Shown here: positions 1 to 9,833 of the stretch, one piece after another | Position numbering within the stretch: position 1 is the stretch's first letter | Layout: every line of letters begins with the position of its first letter | Origin: Vicinamibacterales bacterium | Lineage (GTDB): Bacteria; Acidobacteriota; Vicinamibacteria; Vicinamibacterales; UBA2999 | Assembly: GCA_964202965.1 (NCBI GenBank) | Contig: CAXNKG010000012.1 | Coordinates: forward strand, 228-64,227 | Direction: 5' to 3' | DNA: 64,000 nt | Notes under the pieces: generated by a model | What the model saw: the letters and a program-made list of their open reading frames with translations, nothing else | What the model was told of the DNA's origin: nothing | The model's database searches: none | Made by a program: the position numbers and the translations under genes

Positions 1-478
1 CCACGGGTGGCTCTACTTTGTGGAGCCCGGCAACCTGCGCCTCGAGGATGAGGAAGTATCGATCCTCCGCGAGTTCCTGCTGCGCGGGGGGACGGCCACG
101 TTCGACGATTTCCACGGTCCGTACGAGTGGGACAACTTCGCCAGCGAGATGCGGCGTGTGTTCCCCGATCGCGAGATCGTCGATCTCGAGCCGCCGCACC
201 CCATCTACACGTCGTTCTACAACATGGCCGGGTATCCGCAGACGCCGGGGCTCGGGTCGTTCTTCGCAGGACGGACGTGGGAGAAGGGCGGATTCGTCGC
301 GCGGCTGCGCGCCATTCTCGACGACCGTGGCCGGCCGCTCGTGCTGGCGAACTGGAACACCGACATGGGCGACGGCGTGGAGTGGTCGAACGCCGAGGAA
401 TATCCCGGGTACCTGAAGTACACCGCGGAGGCCTACCGGATGTTCATCAACGAGATCATCTACACCCTCACGCACTGA
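1..478 (+). CDS. DUF4159-like protein, C-terminal part (5' end lies outside the window)
   Basis: The frame is open from base 2 (HGWLYFVEPGNLRLEDEE...), so the listed ORF 20..478 starts at an internal GTG. LREFLLRGGTATFDDF and HPIYTSFY resemble DUF4159, which usually neighbours MoxR/DUF58/BatA genes. Stop TGA 476-478 overlaps the next ATG (ATGA). Confidence 0.55.
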   Translation, partial: HGWLYFVEPGNLRLEDEEVSILREFLLRGGTATFDDFHGPYEWDNFASEMRRVFPDREIVDLEPPHPIYTSFYNMAGYPQTPGLGSFFAGRTWEKGGFVARLRAILDDRGRPLVLANWNTDMGDGVEWSNAEEYPGYLKYTAEAYRMFINEIIYTLTH

Positions 479-1485
479 TGACTGTGGCCGCCGTCCCCAA
501 TTTCGCTGCCCGCGTCCAGGCCGGCCGCGAGCGGATCCTCTCGGAGCTCCGCAAGGTCATCGTGGGGCAGGACGAGGTGGTCGACCAGGTCCTGATCGCG
601 CTCTTCACGGGCGGGCACTGCCTCATTACCGGCGTGCCCGGCCTTGCGAAGACGCTCCTCATCAAGACGGTGGCGGAGATCCTGGACCTGCGCTTCAAGC
701 GGATTCAGTTCACGCCGGATCTGATGCCGTCCGATATCACCGGCACCGAGATTCTCGATGAGCAGCATGGCGCGCGCACGCTGCGTTTCGTGCAGGGGCC
801 GATCTTCGCCCAGATCATCCTGGCCGACGAGATCAACCGGACGCCGCCCAAGACGCAGGCGGCGCTCCTCGAGGCGATGCAGGAATACCACGTGACGGCG
901 GCCGGGCGGACCTATCCGCTCGAGCGGCCGTTTTTCGTGCTCGCGACCCAGAATCCGATCGAGCTCGAAGGCACCTATCCGCTGCCAGAGGCGCAGCTCG
1001 ATCGCTTCATGTTCAACGTCGTGCTGACCTACCTCCCGGAAGACGACGAGGTGCGGGTGGTGACGGAGACGACGAGCGCGGACCTGCGGCCGGTGGCGCG
1101 CGTCCTCGGCGGCGCCGACATCCTCGAGTTTCAGCAGATCGTACGGCAGGTGATCGTGAGCGACGAGGTGGCCCGCTATGCGGTGCGGCTGGCGTCGGCC
1201 TCGCGCCCCGGTGAGAAGGGGACCCCGGACTTCGTCGACAAGTACGTGAAGTGGGGCGCCGGCCTGCGCGCCTCGCAGTCGCTGATTCTCGGCGGCAAGG
1301 CCCGCGCGCTGATACACGGGCGCCACCATGTCTCCATCAAGGACATTCAGGCGCTCGCCGCGCCGATCATGCGGCACCGGATCGTGACGAACTTCTATGC
1401 GGAATCCGAGCATCTCAGGTCGGACGGCATCGTCGCGCGGCTGCTCGAGGCGGTACCGGTGCCGAGGAGCGGGCTCGCGGTATGA
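478..1485 (+). CDS. MoxR-family AAA+ ATPase
   Basis: MTVAAVPNF...VIVGQDEVVDQVLIALFTGGHCLITGVPGLAKT (Walker A), ILADEINRTPPKTQAALLEAMQE (Walker B/sensor), LATQNPIELEGTYPLPEAQLDRF. The 127..1485 ORF is an upstream extension; ATG 478 overlaps the previous stop. Confidence 0.9.
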   Translation: MTVAAVPNFAARVQAGRERILSELRKVIVGQDEVVDQVLIALFTGGHCLITGVPGLAKTLLIKTVAEILDLRFKRIQFTPDLMPSDITGTEILDEQHGARTLRFVQGPIFAQIILADEINRTPPKTQAALLEAMQEYHVTAAGRTYPLERPFFVLATQNPIELEGTYPLPEAQLDRFMFNVVLTYLPEDDEVRVVTETTSADLRPVARVLGGADILEFQQIVRQVIVSDEVARYAVRLASASRPGEKGTPDFVDKYVKWGAGLRASQSLILGGKARALIHGRHHVSIKDIQALAAPIMRHRIVTNFYAESEHLRSDGIVARLLEAVPVPRSGLAV

Positions 1486-2396
1486 ATGTGGGGGAGCGCC
1501 GGGGAGCGAGTGAACTGCGGTTTCTCGACCCGGCAATCCTCTCGCGCCTGGGTACCCTCGAGCTCAAGGCGCGTACCGTCGTCGAGGGATTCCTCTCGGG
1601 TCTGCACCGGAGTCCGTTCAAGGGCTTCAGCGTCGAGTTTGCCGAGTACCGGCAGTATCTGCCCGGCGATCCCCTGACCACGCTCGACTGGAAGGTCTAC
1701 GCGCGCAGCGATCGCCTCTACGTCAAGAAGTTCGAGGAAGAGACCAACGTCGAGTGCCACCTCCTGCTCGATGTGAGCGCGTCAATGGCGTACGGGTCGG
1801 GCGAGGTGACGAAGCTCCGGTACGGATCGATGCTGGCCGCGGCGCTCGCGTTCCTGATGCAGCGCCAGCGCGACGCCGTCGGACTGACCACGTTCGACGA
1901 CCGGATTGTCTCGATGATGCCGCCGAGCGCGCGGCCCAGTCACCTGCACGCGCTCCTGGTCGCGCTCGACACCGTCGCCGTCGGCAGCAGGACCGACGTG
2001 ACCACGCCGCTCCAGTTGCTGGCCGAGGGCCTCGGGAAGCGCGGCGTCGTGGTGTTCATCTCGGACCTGCTCGATGAGCCCGAGCGCGTCATCGATGGCC
2101 TGCGGCACTTCCGGTTCCGCGGCAGCGACGTCATCGTGTTTCACCTGCTGGATCCGGCCGAGCGCACCTTTCCGTTCGATCGCGCGTCCCGCTTCCGGGA
2201 CATGGAGTCGGGCGACGAGTTGATGGCGGTGCCCTCCGTCGTGCGGGCGCGCTACCTCGACTCGCTGAACGCCACGCTCGACCGCTACAGGCGCGAGCTC
2301 GGTTCGTCAGGGATCGACTACGCTGTCGTCGACACATCGACGCCGCTCGATTTCGCGCTCATGTCCTATCTGTCCACCCGTGGGCGCGGACGCTGA
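1482..2396 (+). CDS. DUF58 domain protein (MoxR partner)
   Basis: MNVGERRGASELRFLDPAILSRLGTLELKARTVVEGFLSGLHRSPFKGFSVEFAEYRQYLPGDPLTTLDWKVYARSDRLYVKKFEEE is the canonical DUF58 N-terminus. ATG 1482 overlaps the MoxR stop (ATGA). Confidence 0.85.
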   Translation: MNVGERRGASELRFLDPAILSRLGTLELKARTVVEGFLSGLHRSPFKGFSVEFAEYRQYLPGDPLTTLDWKVYARSDRLYVKKFEEETNVECHLLLDVSASMAYGSGEVTKLRYGSMLAAALAFLMQRQRDAVGLTTFDDRIVSMMPPSARPSHLHALLVALDTVAVGSRTDVTTPLQLLAEGLGKRGVVVFISDLLDEPERVIDGLRHFRFRGSDVIVFHLLDPAERTFPFDRASRFRDMESGDELMAVPSVVRARYLDSLNATLDRYRRELGSSGIDYAVVDTSTPLDFALMSYLSTRGRGR

Positions 2397-4255
2397 TGTT
2401 CGGGCTGTCGTTCCTCACGCCCCTGTTCCTGGCCGGCGCCGTGGCGGCGGCCATTCCCATCGCGCTGCATCTCTTCCATCGGCGCGCGGAGCCGGTCGTC
2501 GACTTCGCCGCCATGCGGTACCTGCGGCAGGTGCCGGTGGAGCAGTCGCGGCGGCGGCGCGTCCGTGAGTTCGTGCTGCTGGCGTTGCGCGTCATGGCGC
2601 TGGCGTTGATGGCGTTCGCGTTTGCGCGGCCGTATGTCGCCGCCGCCTCCGCGGCGCTGGCTGACGGCGCCACCGTGGTGCTCGTCGACACGTCGGCCAG
2701 CGTGACCGCGCCTGGACAGTTCGAGCAGGTGCGGAGCCGCGCCGCCGACGTGATCCGTCAGGCGCCGCTCGCCCAGGCGGTGGCGGTGCTGTCGTTCGCG
2801 CACACGGCCGACCTCGTGGCGCCGCTGTCCGCCGACCGCAGCCTCGCGCTCGCCGCAGTGGCGCAGTTACAGCCCGGCGGCGGCGCCACCCGGTACGCGG
2901 CGGCGCTTCGCCGCGCGAGCGAGGAACTGGCCGGCCGCCCCGGTCGCATCGTCGTGGTGACCGACCTGCAGGAAAGCGGGTGGGCCGCGGGGACCGACGG
3001 CGCCGTCCCGGAGAACGTCACAGTCGACGTGGAGGCGGTCGCCTCGCCTGCTGCCAACCTGGCGGTGACGTCGCTTCGTATCGAAGGCGCCGACGCCATC
3101 GCGGCACTGGCGAATTATTCGGCCGGCGCAGCACCCGCGCAGGTGGTATTCGCCGCCGGCGAGCGCCGCCTCGGCGCCGTGGCGCTGACCGTGCCTCCGG
3201 CCGGGACCGCGGAGGCGCGTCTGCCGCTGGCCGGCGTCGTGTCAGGGCCGTTCACGGCGACGGTGGCGGACGCCACAGGGTATGCCGCCGACAACGTGCG
3301 CTTCGCCGTGGCTGACGGCGATGGCGGCATCTTCGTGCTGGCGGTGAGCTCCTCTGGGAACCCGGCCGACTCGCTCTATCTCGAGCGCGCGCTGACGATT
3401 GCGAGAGGCGCCGGCGGCTTCCAGTTCCGCTCGATCGCCGCCGCGGCGCTGCCGTCGCTCGACGAGGCGACGTTTGGCGGTGTGGATGTCGTCGCCGTCC
3501 TCGGATCCCGCGGGCTCGATCAGCGAGGACGTCAGCGTCTTGCGCAGTTTGTCGCCGCCGGCGGGGGACTGCTCGTGGCCGCCGGTCCTGATGTCGACCC
3601 CGACCTGCTGACGCAGAGCCCGGCGAAGGTCGTGGCCACCGGATGGCAGGTGCGGGACGCCGCGGCGATGAACTTTGCGCCCGACGACAGCCGGCATCCC
3701 GTCTTCCGGTTGTTCGGAGGCGCCGGGACCTTGAGCAACGTGACGTTCACGCGGTCGGCGCGGCTCAGCGCGCCATCGGATAGCGCGGTGATCGCACGGT
3801 ATACGGACGGGACGCCCGCGGTGATCGAAGAGCGGACAGGGAAGGGCCGCGTGCTGCTGCTCGCCTCCGACCTCAACTACCGCTGGAACGACTTTCCGCT
3901 GCAGCCGTCGTTCGTGCCGTTCGTGCACGAGACGGTCCGGTACCTCGCCGCCTCGCGCGCCGCGCGGACGGAGTATGTCGTCGGTGAGGTGCCCGGGCAG
4001 GCGGCAGCGGCTGGCGCGGTGACGATCGGCACGCGACAGGTCGCCATCAACGTTGACCCCCGCGAATCGGATCCCCGGGTTATGACGAGCGAGGCGTTTC
4101 GCGGCGGCATCGCCCGGCTTCAGACGCCCGAGGCCCTGCAGGCCGGCGTCTCCGACCGCCAGCGCGAGGATGGACAGGGTCTCTGGCGATATGGGCTGCT
4201 CCTGATGCTGCTGACGCTTGTCGGCGAGGGGCTTGTCGGACGGAGGGCGGGCTGA
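2396..4255 (+). CDS. BatA-type membrane protein (aerotolerance-regulator N-terminal double-TM domain + VWA)
   Basis: N-terminus MFGLSFLTPLFLAGAVAAAIPIALHLFHRR; MIDAS-like VVLVDTSASV; C-terminal TM LWRYGLLLMLLTLVGEGLVGRR. TGATG overlap at both ends. Confidence 0.75.
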   Translation: MFGLSFLTPLFLAGAVAAAIPIALHLFHRRAEPVVDFAAMRYLRQVPVEQSRRRRVREFVLLALRVMALALMAFAFARPYVAAASAALADGATVVLVDTSASVTAPGQFEQVRSRAADVIRQAPLAQAVAVLSFAHTADLVAPLSADRSLALAAVAQLQPGGGATRYAAALRRASEELAGRPGRIVVVTDLQESGWAAGTDGAVPENVTVDVEAVASPAANLAVTSLRIEGADAIAALANYSAGAAPAQVVFAAGERRLGAVALTVPPAGTAEARLPLAGVVSGPFTATVADATGYAADNVRFAVADGDGGIFVLAVSSSGNPADSLYLERALTIARGAGGFQFRSIAAAALPSLDEATFGGVDVVAVLGSRGLDQRGRQRLAQFVAAGGGLLVAAGPDVDPDLLTQSPAKVVATGWQVRDAAAMNFAPDDSRHPVFRLFGGAGTLSNVTFTRSARLSAPSDSAVIARYTDGTPAVIEERTGKGRVLLLASDLNYRWNDFPLQPSFVPFVHETVRYLAASRAARTEYVVGEVPGQAAAAGAVTIGTRQVAINVDPRESDPRVMTSEAFRGGIARLQTPEALQAGVSDRQREDGQGLWRYGLLLMLLTLVGEGLVGRRAG

Positions 4256-7200
4256 TGGAGGGCTATCCGGAACTGCTCGCCGTCCTCGGGCGTGTCCGGC
4301 GCCGCTGGCAGACGCTGTGCCTGCTGCGCGCGGCGCGGCGTGCCGGCGCGGCCGCCTGCGGGGTCCTGGCCTGCGCGCTGCTGACGCACTGGGCCGTGCA
4401 GCCGCACGGCGTCGCGCTGATTCTGCTGTGGGGAGTCAGTGTCGCGCTCGTGGTGGCCCTGGTCGCGGGGGCGGCGTTGTCGCTCGCATCCCGCCCGCGC
4501 GACCTCCAGATCGCGCGCCTCATCGAAGAGCGATGCGATGAGTTCGAGGATGCCCTGGTCACGGCGCTCGCGACCGGGAGTACCGCCGATGCCGGCCCGG
4601 TGTCAGCCGCCGTCGTGCAGCAGGCGGCAGAGCAGGTCGGATCGCTCGATCTCGATCGTGTCGTCAGCCGGCAGGCGCTGCGCCGGACCGCGGCCGTGGC
4701 GGCGGCGGCGCTGGCGGCGCTCACGATCGCCATGGTGTTCTCGGCGCCCCCGGCCGGCCAGGCGGTCCGCGCGGCGGGGGTCTATATCTTTCCAGAGCGG
4801 CTCGGACTCGAGGTGCGGCCTGGTGACGCCAGGGTCGTCGAGGGCCAGCCGTTCCGCGTCATCGCGCGCGTGTCGAGCGGCGTGCCGGTCGCGCCGCTGC
4901 TCCGCCTGACCGTCGGGTCCGCCTGGCGCGATCTCGCGATGGAGGCATCCGCCGACGGGTTCACGGCGACCGTCGACGGCGTCGATCGGGACTTTCACTA
5001 TGTGGTGTCGGCGGCGGGGACGACGTCGGCCGAGTACGCGGTGACGGTCCTCCATCCGCCCCGGGTCGAGCAGATCGATCTGCACTACGAGTATCCGGCG
5101 GCATTCGGGATGAAACCGCGCGACGAGGAAGACGGCGGCGACGTCTACGGCCCCGCGGGCACGCGTGTCCGGATGACGGTTCGTGCCACCAAGCCCGTTC
5201 GCGCCGCGCGTCTGGCGCTGGCCGGAGGCGAGGCCATTCCGCTGACGTGGCGTGCCGATCTGCACGCGCTGCAAGGCGACATGACCATCGCCGAAGATGG
5301 TTCCTACCGCGTGGTCCTCGCCGACACGGATGGTCTCGAAAATCCTGGCGACACCGAATACTTCATTCGCACCCTCCAGGACGGCCCTCCGGATGTGCGC
5401 ATCACGCGTCCGGCCACGGACCGGCAGGTGACGCCGCTCGAGGAAGTCGCTATCGAAGCGCAGGCGGATGACGACTTCGGCGTCGCCGCGCTGGACCTCG
5501 TGTATGCGGTGGCGGGCAGAGCTGACACGGTCGTTCCCTTCACGCGCGCGGGCGGCGGCATTGCCGTCACGGGCAGCCGGATGCTGTATCTCGAGGACCT
5601 GCGCGTGAAGCCGGGCGACGTGGTGTCGTACTACGCCAGGGCGCGAGACGTGAGCCGCGGCAAGCGCGCGAGCGAGGCTCGCAGCGACATCTTCTTTCTC
5701 GAAGTGAAGCCGTTCGAAGAGGAGTTCGTCGCCTCGCAGAGCCAGGGCGGCGCCGGTGGCGGAAACGACGAACAGGCACTGGAAGATCTGATCCAGGCAG
5801 AGAAGGACGTGATCACGGCGACGTGGAATCTCGATCGCCGCGGCCGACAGGCGGGTGCCCAGTCCGCCGACGACATCCGCAGCGTGTGGAAAGCACAGAA
5901 CGACGTGCGGACGGGCACCGCGCGGATGCTCGCCGATTTGCAGCAGGCGAACGAGACCCGCCGGCGCCGGCTGCCGCTGGGACGAGGAGACGCCGCCCCG
6001 CCTGACCTGATGGCGGAGGCGCTCGGGCGTGCCGTGCCCGCGATGGTCACCGCACAGGAGCGGCTCGACGCCCTGAAGACCGCCGAGGCGCTCCCGGCCG
6101 AGATGACGTCGCTCAACGAGCTCCTCCGCGCGCAGGCGGAAGTGCGCCGCCGCGAGATCCAGCAGCAGGGGAACGGCAACGGCGGCCCGGGCGGCAACCG
6201 GCAGCAGCAGGACATGTCGTCGCTCTTTGACCGCGAGTTGGCCCGCCAGCAACAGACGAACTACGAGACACCGGGGCGCGGCGAGAACCGCGGCGAAGGC
6301 AGCCCGGCGGACGCCAATGCCGATCGCCTCCAGGATCTGGCGCGCCGGCAGGATGCCGTGAACCGCGGCGACGAGCAGCTGGCGAAGAGCCGGGCGTCGA
6401 TGTCGCAGGAACAGCTGAAGCGTGAACTGGAGCGCCTGACGCGCGAGCAGGCCGAGCTTCGGCGCGAGGTCGAGGAGCTCGCGCGGGAGATGCAGCAGAA
6501 CGCGCAGCGCGGGCGCGGGCAGAGCGGCCGCGGCGGACGTGGCGGGGCCGGCGGGTCGGGAGGGCGGGACCAGGACCAGCAGGCGAGCCGCGAGCTGCAG
6601 CAAGCCTCCGAGGACATGCAGAACGCGACGAGCGAGCTGCGCCGCGACAACCCGCAGGAAGCGGGCGCCCGGGGCAGCCGCGCCGCGGAGCGCCTGCGCG
6701 AACTCGAACAGCGGCTGCGAGGGGAGCAGCCCGACCAGCGCCGGCAGGCCCTCGGTGAGCTGGAGCTCGAGTCGCGGCAGATGGCCGAGGCGCAGCGCCG
6801 CCTGACCAATCCGGAGGCCGGCAGCGGTGGCTCGCCCACCGAGCGCGAGGATCAGGCGCGGCGTCGCGCCGCCGAGCAGCAGCGGCTCGCCGAGCGGGCG
6901 GAACGGCTCGAACAGTCGGTCCGCCAGCTGGCGGGCGACGGCGCCCGCGGCGGCGACCCGCGCGAACAGGAGGCTGCCACCCGGGCTGCCCAGGAAGTCG
7001 ACCAGCAGCGGCTGTCGCAGCGGATGCGGGACGCGGCGCGTCCCGAGCGGCAGAGGGCTGACGGCCGGCAGGAAGGCGAGCAGATTGCCCGGGGATTGGA
7101 GCGCCTCGCCGACCGGCTCGGTGCGGCCGGTGGGCAGGGCGAGGCGTCGCAGCAGCTCAGCGAAGAACTGTCGCGGCTGCGTCAACTCCGGGAGGAGCTC

Positions 7201-7629
7201 GAGACGCTCGACCGGCAGCTGGCGGAGATGAAGAGCGGCGGATCGCAGGGACGCGGCCAGCAGGGAAAGGGTGTCCAGCCCGGGGGCACGGGCCAGGAGG
7301 CCGGCGGGCAGCAGCCCTGGAACGAGGCGCGGGAGCTGCTGAACGAGCTCCGGCGCGAAGACGACAGCCTCGTACCGCCGCAGGCCGACGGCTTCAATCC
7401 CGGACGCTCGGCGCCGGGGACCGAGGAGTTCAAGCAGGACTTTGCCAGGTGGGAGGAGCTGAAGGTGCAGCTCGCCGCCGCGCTGGAGCGCTCGGAGCAG
7501 ACGACGGCCGAGCGGCTTCGCCAGCAGCAGTCACGCGATCGCCTCAACGCCGGTGCGTCGCAGAGTGTGCCGGAAGCCTATCGCCGGCTGGTGGACAGGT
7601 ACTACCGGGCGCTGGCATCCGGAAAGTAA
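4255..7629 (+). CDS. Large membrane protein, DUF4175-like, with a long charged coiled-coil C-terminal half
   Basis: 1124 aa. It has N-terminal TM helices, a beta-rich middle part, a roughly 550-aa R/E/Q/A/G-rich low-complexity region and the tail PEAYRRLVDRYYRALASGK. It is coupled to both neighbours. Confidence 0.6.
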   Translation: MEGYPELLAVLGRVRRRWQTLCLLRAARRAGAAACGVLACALLTHWAVQPHGVALILLWGVSVALVVALVAGAALSLASRPRDLQIARLIEERCDEFEDALVTALATGSTADAGPVSAAVVQQAAEQVGSLDLDRVVSRQALRRTAAVAAAALAALTIAMVFSAPPAGQAVRAAGVYIFPERLGLEVRPGDARVVEGQPFRVIARVSSGVPVAPLLRLTVGSAWRDLAMEASADGFTATVDGVDRDFHYVVSAAGTTSAEYAVTVLHPPRVEQIDLHYEYPAAFGMKPRDEEDGGDVYGPAGTRVRMTVRATKPVRAARLALAGGEAIPLTWRADLHALQGDMTIAEDGSYRVVLADTDGLENPGDTEYFIRTLQDGPPDVRITRPATDRQVTPLEEVAIEAQADDDFGVAALDLVYAVAGRADTVVPFTRAGGGIAVTGSRMLYLEDLRVKPGDVVSYYARARDVSRGKRASEARSDIFFLEVKPFEEEFVASQSQGGAGGGNDEQALEDLIQAEKDVITATWNLDRRGRQAGAQSADDIRSVWKAQNDVRTGTARMLADLQQANETRRRRLPLGRGDAAPPDLMAEALGRAVPAMVTAQERLDALKTAEALPAEMTSLNELLRAQAEVRRREIQQQGNGNGGPGGNRQQQDMSSLFDRELARQQQTNYETPGRGENRGEGSPADANADRLQDLARRQDAVNRGDEQLAKSRASMSQEQLKRELERLTREQAELRREVEELAREMQQNAQRGRGQSGRGGRGGAGGSGGRDQDQQASRELQQASEDMQNATSELRRDNPQEAGARGSRAAERLRELEQRLRGEQPDQRRQALGELELESRQMAEAQRRLTNPEAGSGGSPTEREDQARRRAAEQQRLAERAERLEQSVRQLAGDGARGGDPREQEAATRAAQEVDQQRLSQRMRDAARPERQRADGRQEGEQIARGLERLADRLGAAGGQGEASQQLSEELSRLRQLREELETLDRQLAEMKSGGSQGRGQQGKGVQPGGTGQEAGGQQPWNEARELLNELRREDDSLVPPQADGFNPGRSAPGTEEFKQDFARWEELKVQLAAALERSEQTTAERLRQQQSRDRLNAGASQSVPEAYRRLVDRYYRALASGK

Positions 7630-9833
7630 TGCAATTTGCGCTCGCGCCTCCCTGGTGGATGCTGCTGCTGCTCGCAGCCGGCATCGGTCTGATGGCGTGG
7701 ATGTCGTACGCCGGTGCGCTCGGGACTCTCGGCCGGCAGCGGCGCGCGGCGCTCGTGGGACTGCGGGCGTTGACGCTGCTGCTTCTCGTGATCTGCCTGC
7801 TGCGTCCGGTACGCGTCGTCCCGCCGGCCGGTGATGCCGACGCGGTGGTGCCCGTTCTTCTGGACGCCTCCCGCAGCATGGGCCTCGCTGACGCGGAGGG
7901 CCAGCCGCGTCTCGATGCGGCGCGGCAGCTCCTGCAGCAGATCCAGCCGGCGCTGCAGCAGCGCTTTCGCACGGAAGTCTGGACCTTTGGCGACCGGCTC
8001 GCGCGCCTGGAGACCGACAGCCTCTCGGCCACGCAGAGGCAGAGCGATCTGTCCGGCGCGCTGCGGGCGCTTCGCGAGCGGTACCGTGAGCGCCGGGTGG
8101 CGGGCGTCGTGGTCATCTCGGACGGTGGCGAAACCGGTACCGAGGAAGCGGCGGCCCTCGTGCCGGACGGCGCCGTGCCCATATATACGGTTGGCATGGG
8201 TACGCCGCGCGTCGACGCGGACCTCGAGGTGGTCGACGTGTCCGCGGGTGAAGTGGCGCTGGCTGAATCCTCGGTGGACCTGATTGTCGCCGCTGTGCGT
8301 CGCGGCGGCGCCGCGCCGTTTGACATCCGCGTCCTCGAGAACGGAAAGCCGATCGACGTGCGCCGTGTGGCGCCTGCCGCCGATGGAAGCCCCGTACGTG
8401 CCGTCTTCACCGTGTCGCCTCCCCGTGACACCGCGGCCGTCTACACCGCTGAGATCCCGACAGCCGCCGGTGAGAAGGTGGGCGAGAACAACCGCCGGAG
8501 CGTCCTTGTCGAACCGCCGGGACGGCGGCGCCGCATCCTCATGATTGAAGGGGCTCCCGGATTCGAGCACGCGTTCGTCAAGCGCGCGCTGATGGCCGAC
8601 TCCGGCATCGAGCTCGACTCGGTTGTGCGCAAGGGGCGTGACGCCCGCGGGGACGCGACGTACTTCGTGCAGGCGGACGGTGCCCGTGCCCCGCGGCTCG
8701 CCACGGGGTTCCCGCAGGAGCGCGCGGCGCTCTACGAATACGACGCGGTGATCCTCGCGAACCTCGAGGGTGGCGCGCTGCCGCGCGGCCAGCTGCAGAT
8801 GCTTGCCGATTTCGTCGACGCGCGCGGGGGAGGCCTGCTGGTCTTTGGTGCCCGCTCGTTCGCACAGCAGGGGTACGCCGGCACGCCGCTCGACGACGTC
8901 CTGCCATTGCAGCTGACCGGGCGTGGCAGCGGTGTGTTGCGCGCTTCCGCCGCCGACGGCCCGCGTCTGGGGGTTCGGCTGACGGCGGGCGGCCTCGCGC
9001 ATCCCGTGATGCGTCTCGATGGAGCGCGCGAGAGCATGGAGCAGCGCTGGGCGTCGCTGCCGGCGCTGGCGGGTGTGACGTCGCTTGGCGGACTGCGTCC
9101 CGGCGCCGAGGCGCTCGCGCTCGTCAGCGGTCCCGACGGACTCCGGCCGCTGGTGGCCGTGCAGCGGTACGGGCAGGGGCGGTCGATGCTGTTCGCCGGG
9201 GAGGCGTCATGGCGGTGGCGGATGCAGATGCCGTCCACCGACCGCAGCTACGAAATGTTCTGGCGCCAGGCGGGGCGCTGGATTGCCGCTGGAGCGCCGC
9301 CGCGGGTCTCGAGCACCATCGTGCCGGCGGCGGGCGGCCGCACGACCATCGCGGTGGACGTCCGCTCGGACGACTTCGCGCCTGTCGGCGATGCCGACGT
9401 GTCGCTGCGGATTACGCACCCGGACGGTCACGTCGCCGCCGCGTCCGCGCGGCTTGTGGATGCCCGGACGGGACGGTACGCCGCTGAATTCACCTTCGAG
9501 GCGCCCGGCATCTACCGCGTCGCCGCCAGTGCCCGGCGGGGCGACGGTCCGCTCGGCGCCGACCAACGATGGCTGCTGGTCGGCGGCAGCGACGCCGAAA
9601 TGGCGGAGCCCCGGCTCCACGAGGACGTGCTCAAGCGGGTGGCGGCGGCCAGCGGCGGGGCGTACCTCAGCGCGGCCGATGCCGGACGCCTCCCGGCCCT
9701 CCTGGCCGCGACGGCTCCGGCGCCAGCCTCGCAGACGCTGGAGGAGCTCTGGCACACACCGTGGATGTTTGGCCTCGTGGTGCTGCTGCTGGGGACGGAA
9801 TGGGTGCTTCGCAGACGCTGGGGGCTGCGATGA
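7629..9833 (+). CDS. Membrane protein with VWA-like and class-I glutamine-amidotransferase-like (DUF1355-type) regions
   Basis: ATG 7629 (MQFALAPPWWMLLLLAAGIG) overlaps the previous TAA. VPVLLDASRSMGL is VWA-like. ILMIEGAPGFEHAFVKRAL...YDAVILANLEG...GGGLLVFG is GATase1-like. C-terminal TM PWMFGLVVLLLGTEWVLRRRWG. The listed ORF start 7449 is an extension. Confidence 0.6.
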   Translation: MQFALAPPWWMLLLLAAGIGLMAWMSYAGALGTLGRQRRAALVGLRALTLLLLVICLLRPVRVVPPAGDADAVVPVLLDASRSMGLADAEGQPRLDAARQLLQQIQPALQQRFRTEVWTFGDRLARLETDSLSATQRQSDLSGALRALRERYRERRVAGVVVISDGGETGTEEAAALVPDGAVPIYTVGMGTPRVDADLEVVDVSAGEVALAESSVDLIVAAVRRGGAAPFDIRVLENGKPIDVRRVAPAADGSPVRAVFTVSPPRDTAAVYTAEIPTAAGEKVGENNRRSVLVEPPGRRRRILMIEGAPGFEHAFVKRALMADSGIELDSVVRKGRDARGDATYFVQADGARAPRLATGFPQERAALYEYDAVILANLEGGALPRGQLQMLADFVDARGGGLLVFGARSFAQQGYAGTPLDDVLPLQLTGRGSGVLRASAADGPRLGVRLTAGGLAHPVMRLDGARESMEQRWASLPALAGVTSLGGLRPGAEALALVSGPDGLRPLVAVQRYGQGRSMLFAGEASWRWRMQMPSTDRSYEMFWRQAGRWIAAGAPPRVSSTIVPAAGGRTTIAVDVRSDDFAPVGDADVSLRITHPDGHVAAASARLVDARTGRYAAEFTFEAPGIYRVAASARRGDGPLGADQRWLLVGGSDAEMAEPRLHEDVLKRVAAASGGAYLSAADAGRLPALLAATAPAPASQTLEELWHTPWMFGLVVLLLGTEWVLRRRWGLR

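Noticed and set aside
127-477. N-terminal extension of MoxR (listed ORF start 127), and similar long extensions for DUF58 (1251), pstB (16709), pstA (17986), the largest propeller gene (42543), the TonB receptor (42368), amidase (33598) and the VWA/GATase-like gene (7449)
   Set aside because: The extensions overlap the preceding gene in another frame and are Arg/Gly-rich. In each case an internal start sits exactly at the previous stop codon or precedes a signal peptide or a conserved N-terminus.
4603-7185. 860-aa ORF antisense to the DUF4175-like gene
   Set aside because: It lies entirely inside a gene with a recognisable N-terminus, a conserved tail and translational coupling to both neighbours. 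Its product is Arg/Ala/Leu/Pro-rich, as expected for the antisense of high-G+C low-complexity coding DNA. It has no recognisable motifs.
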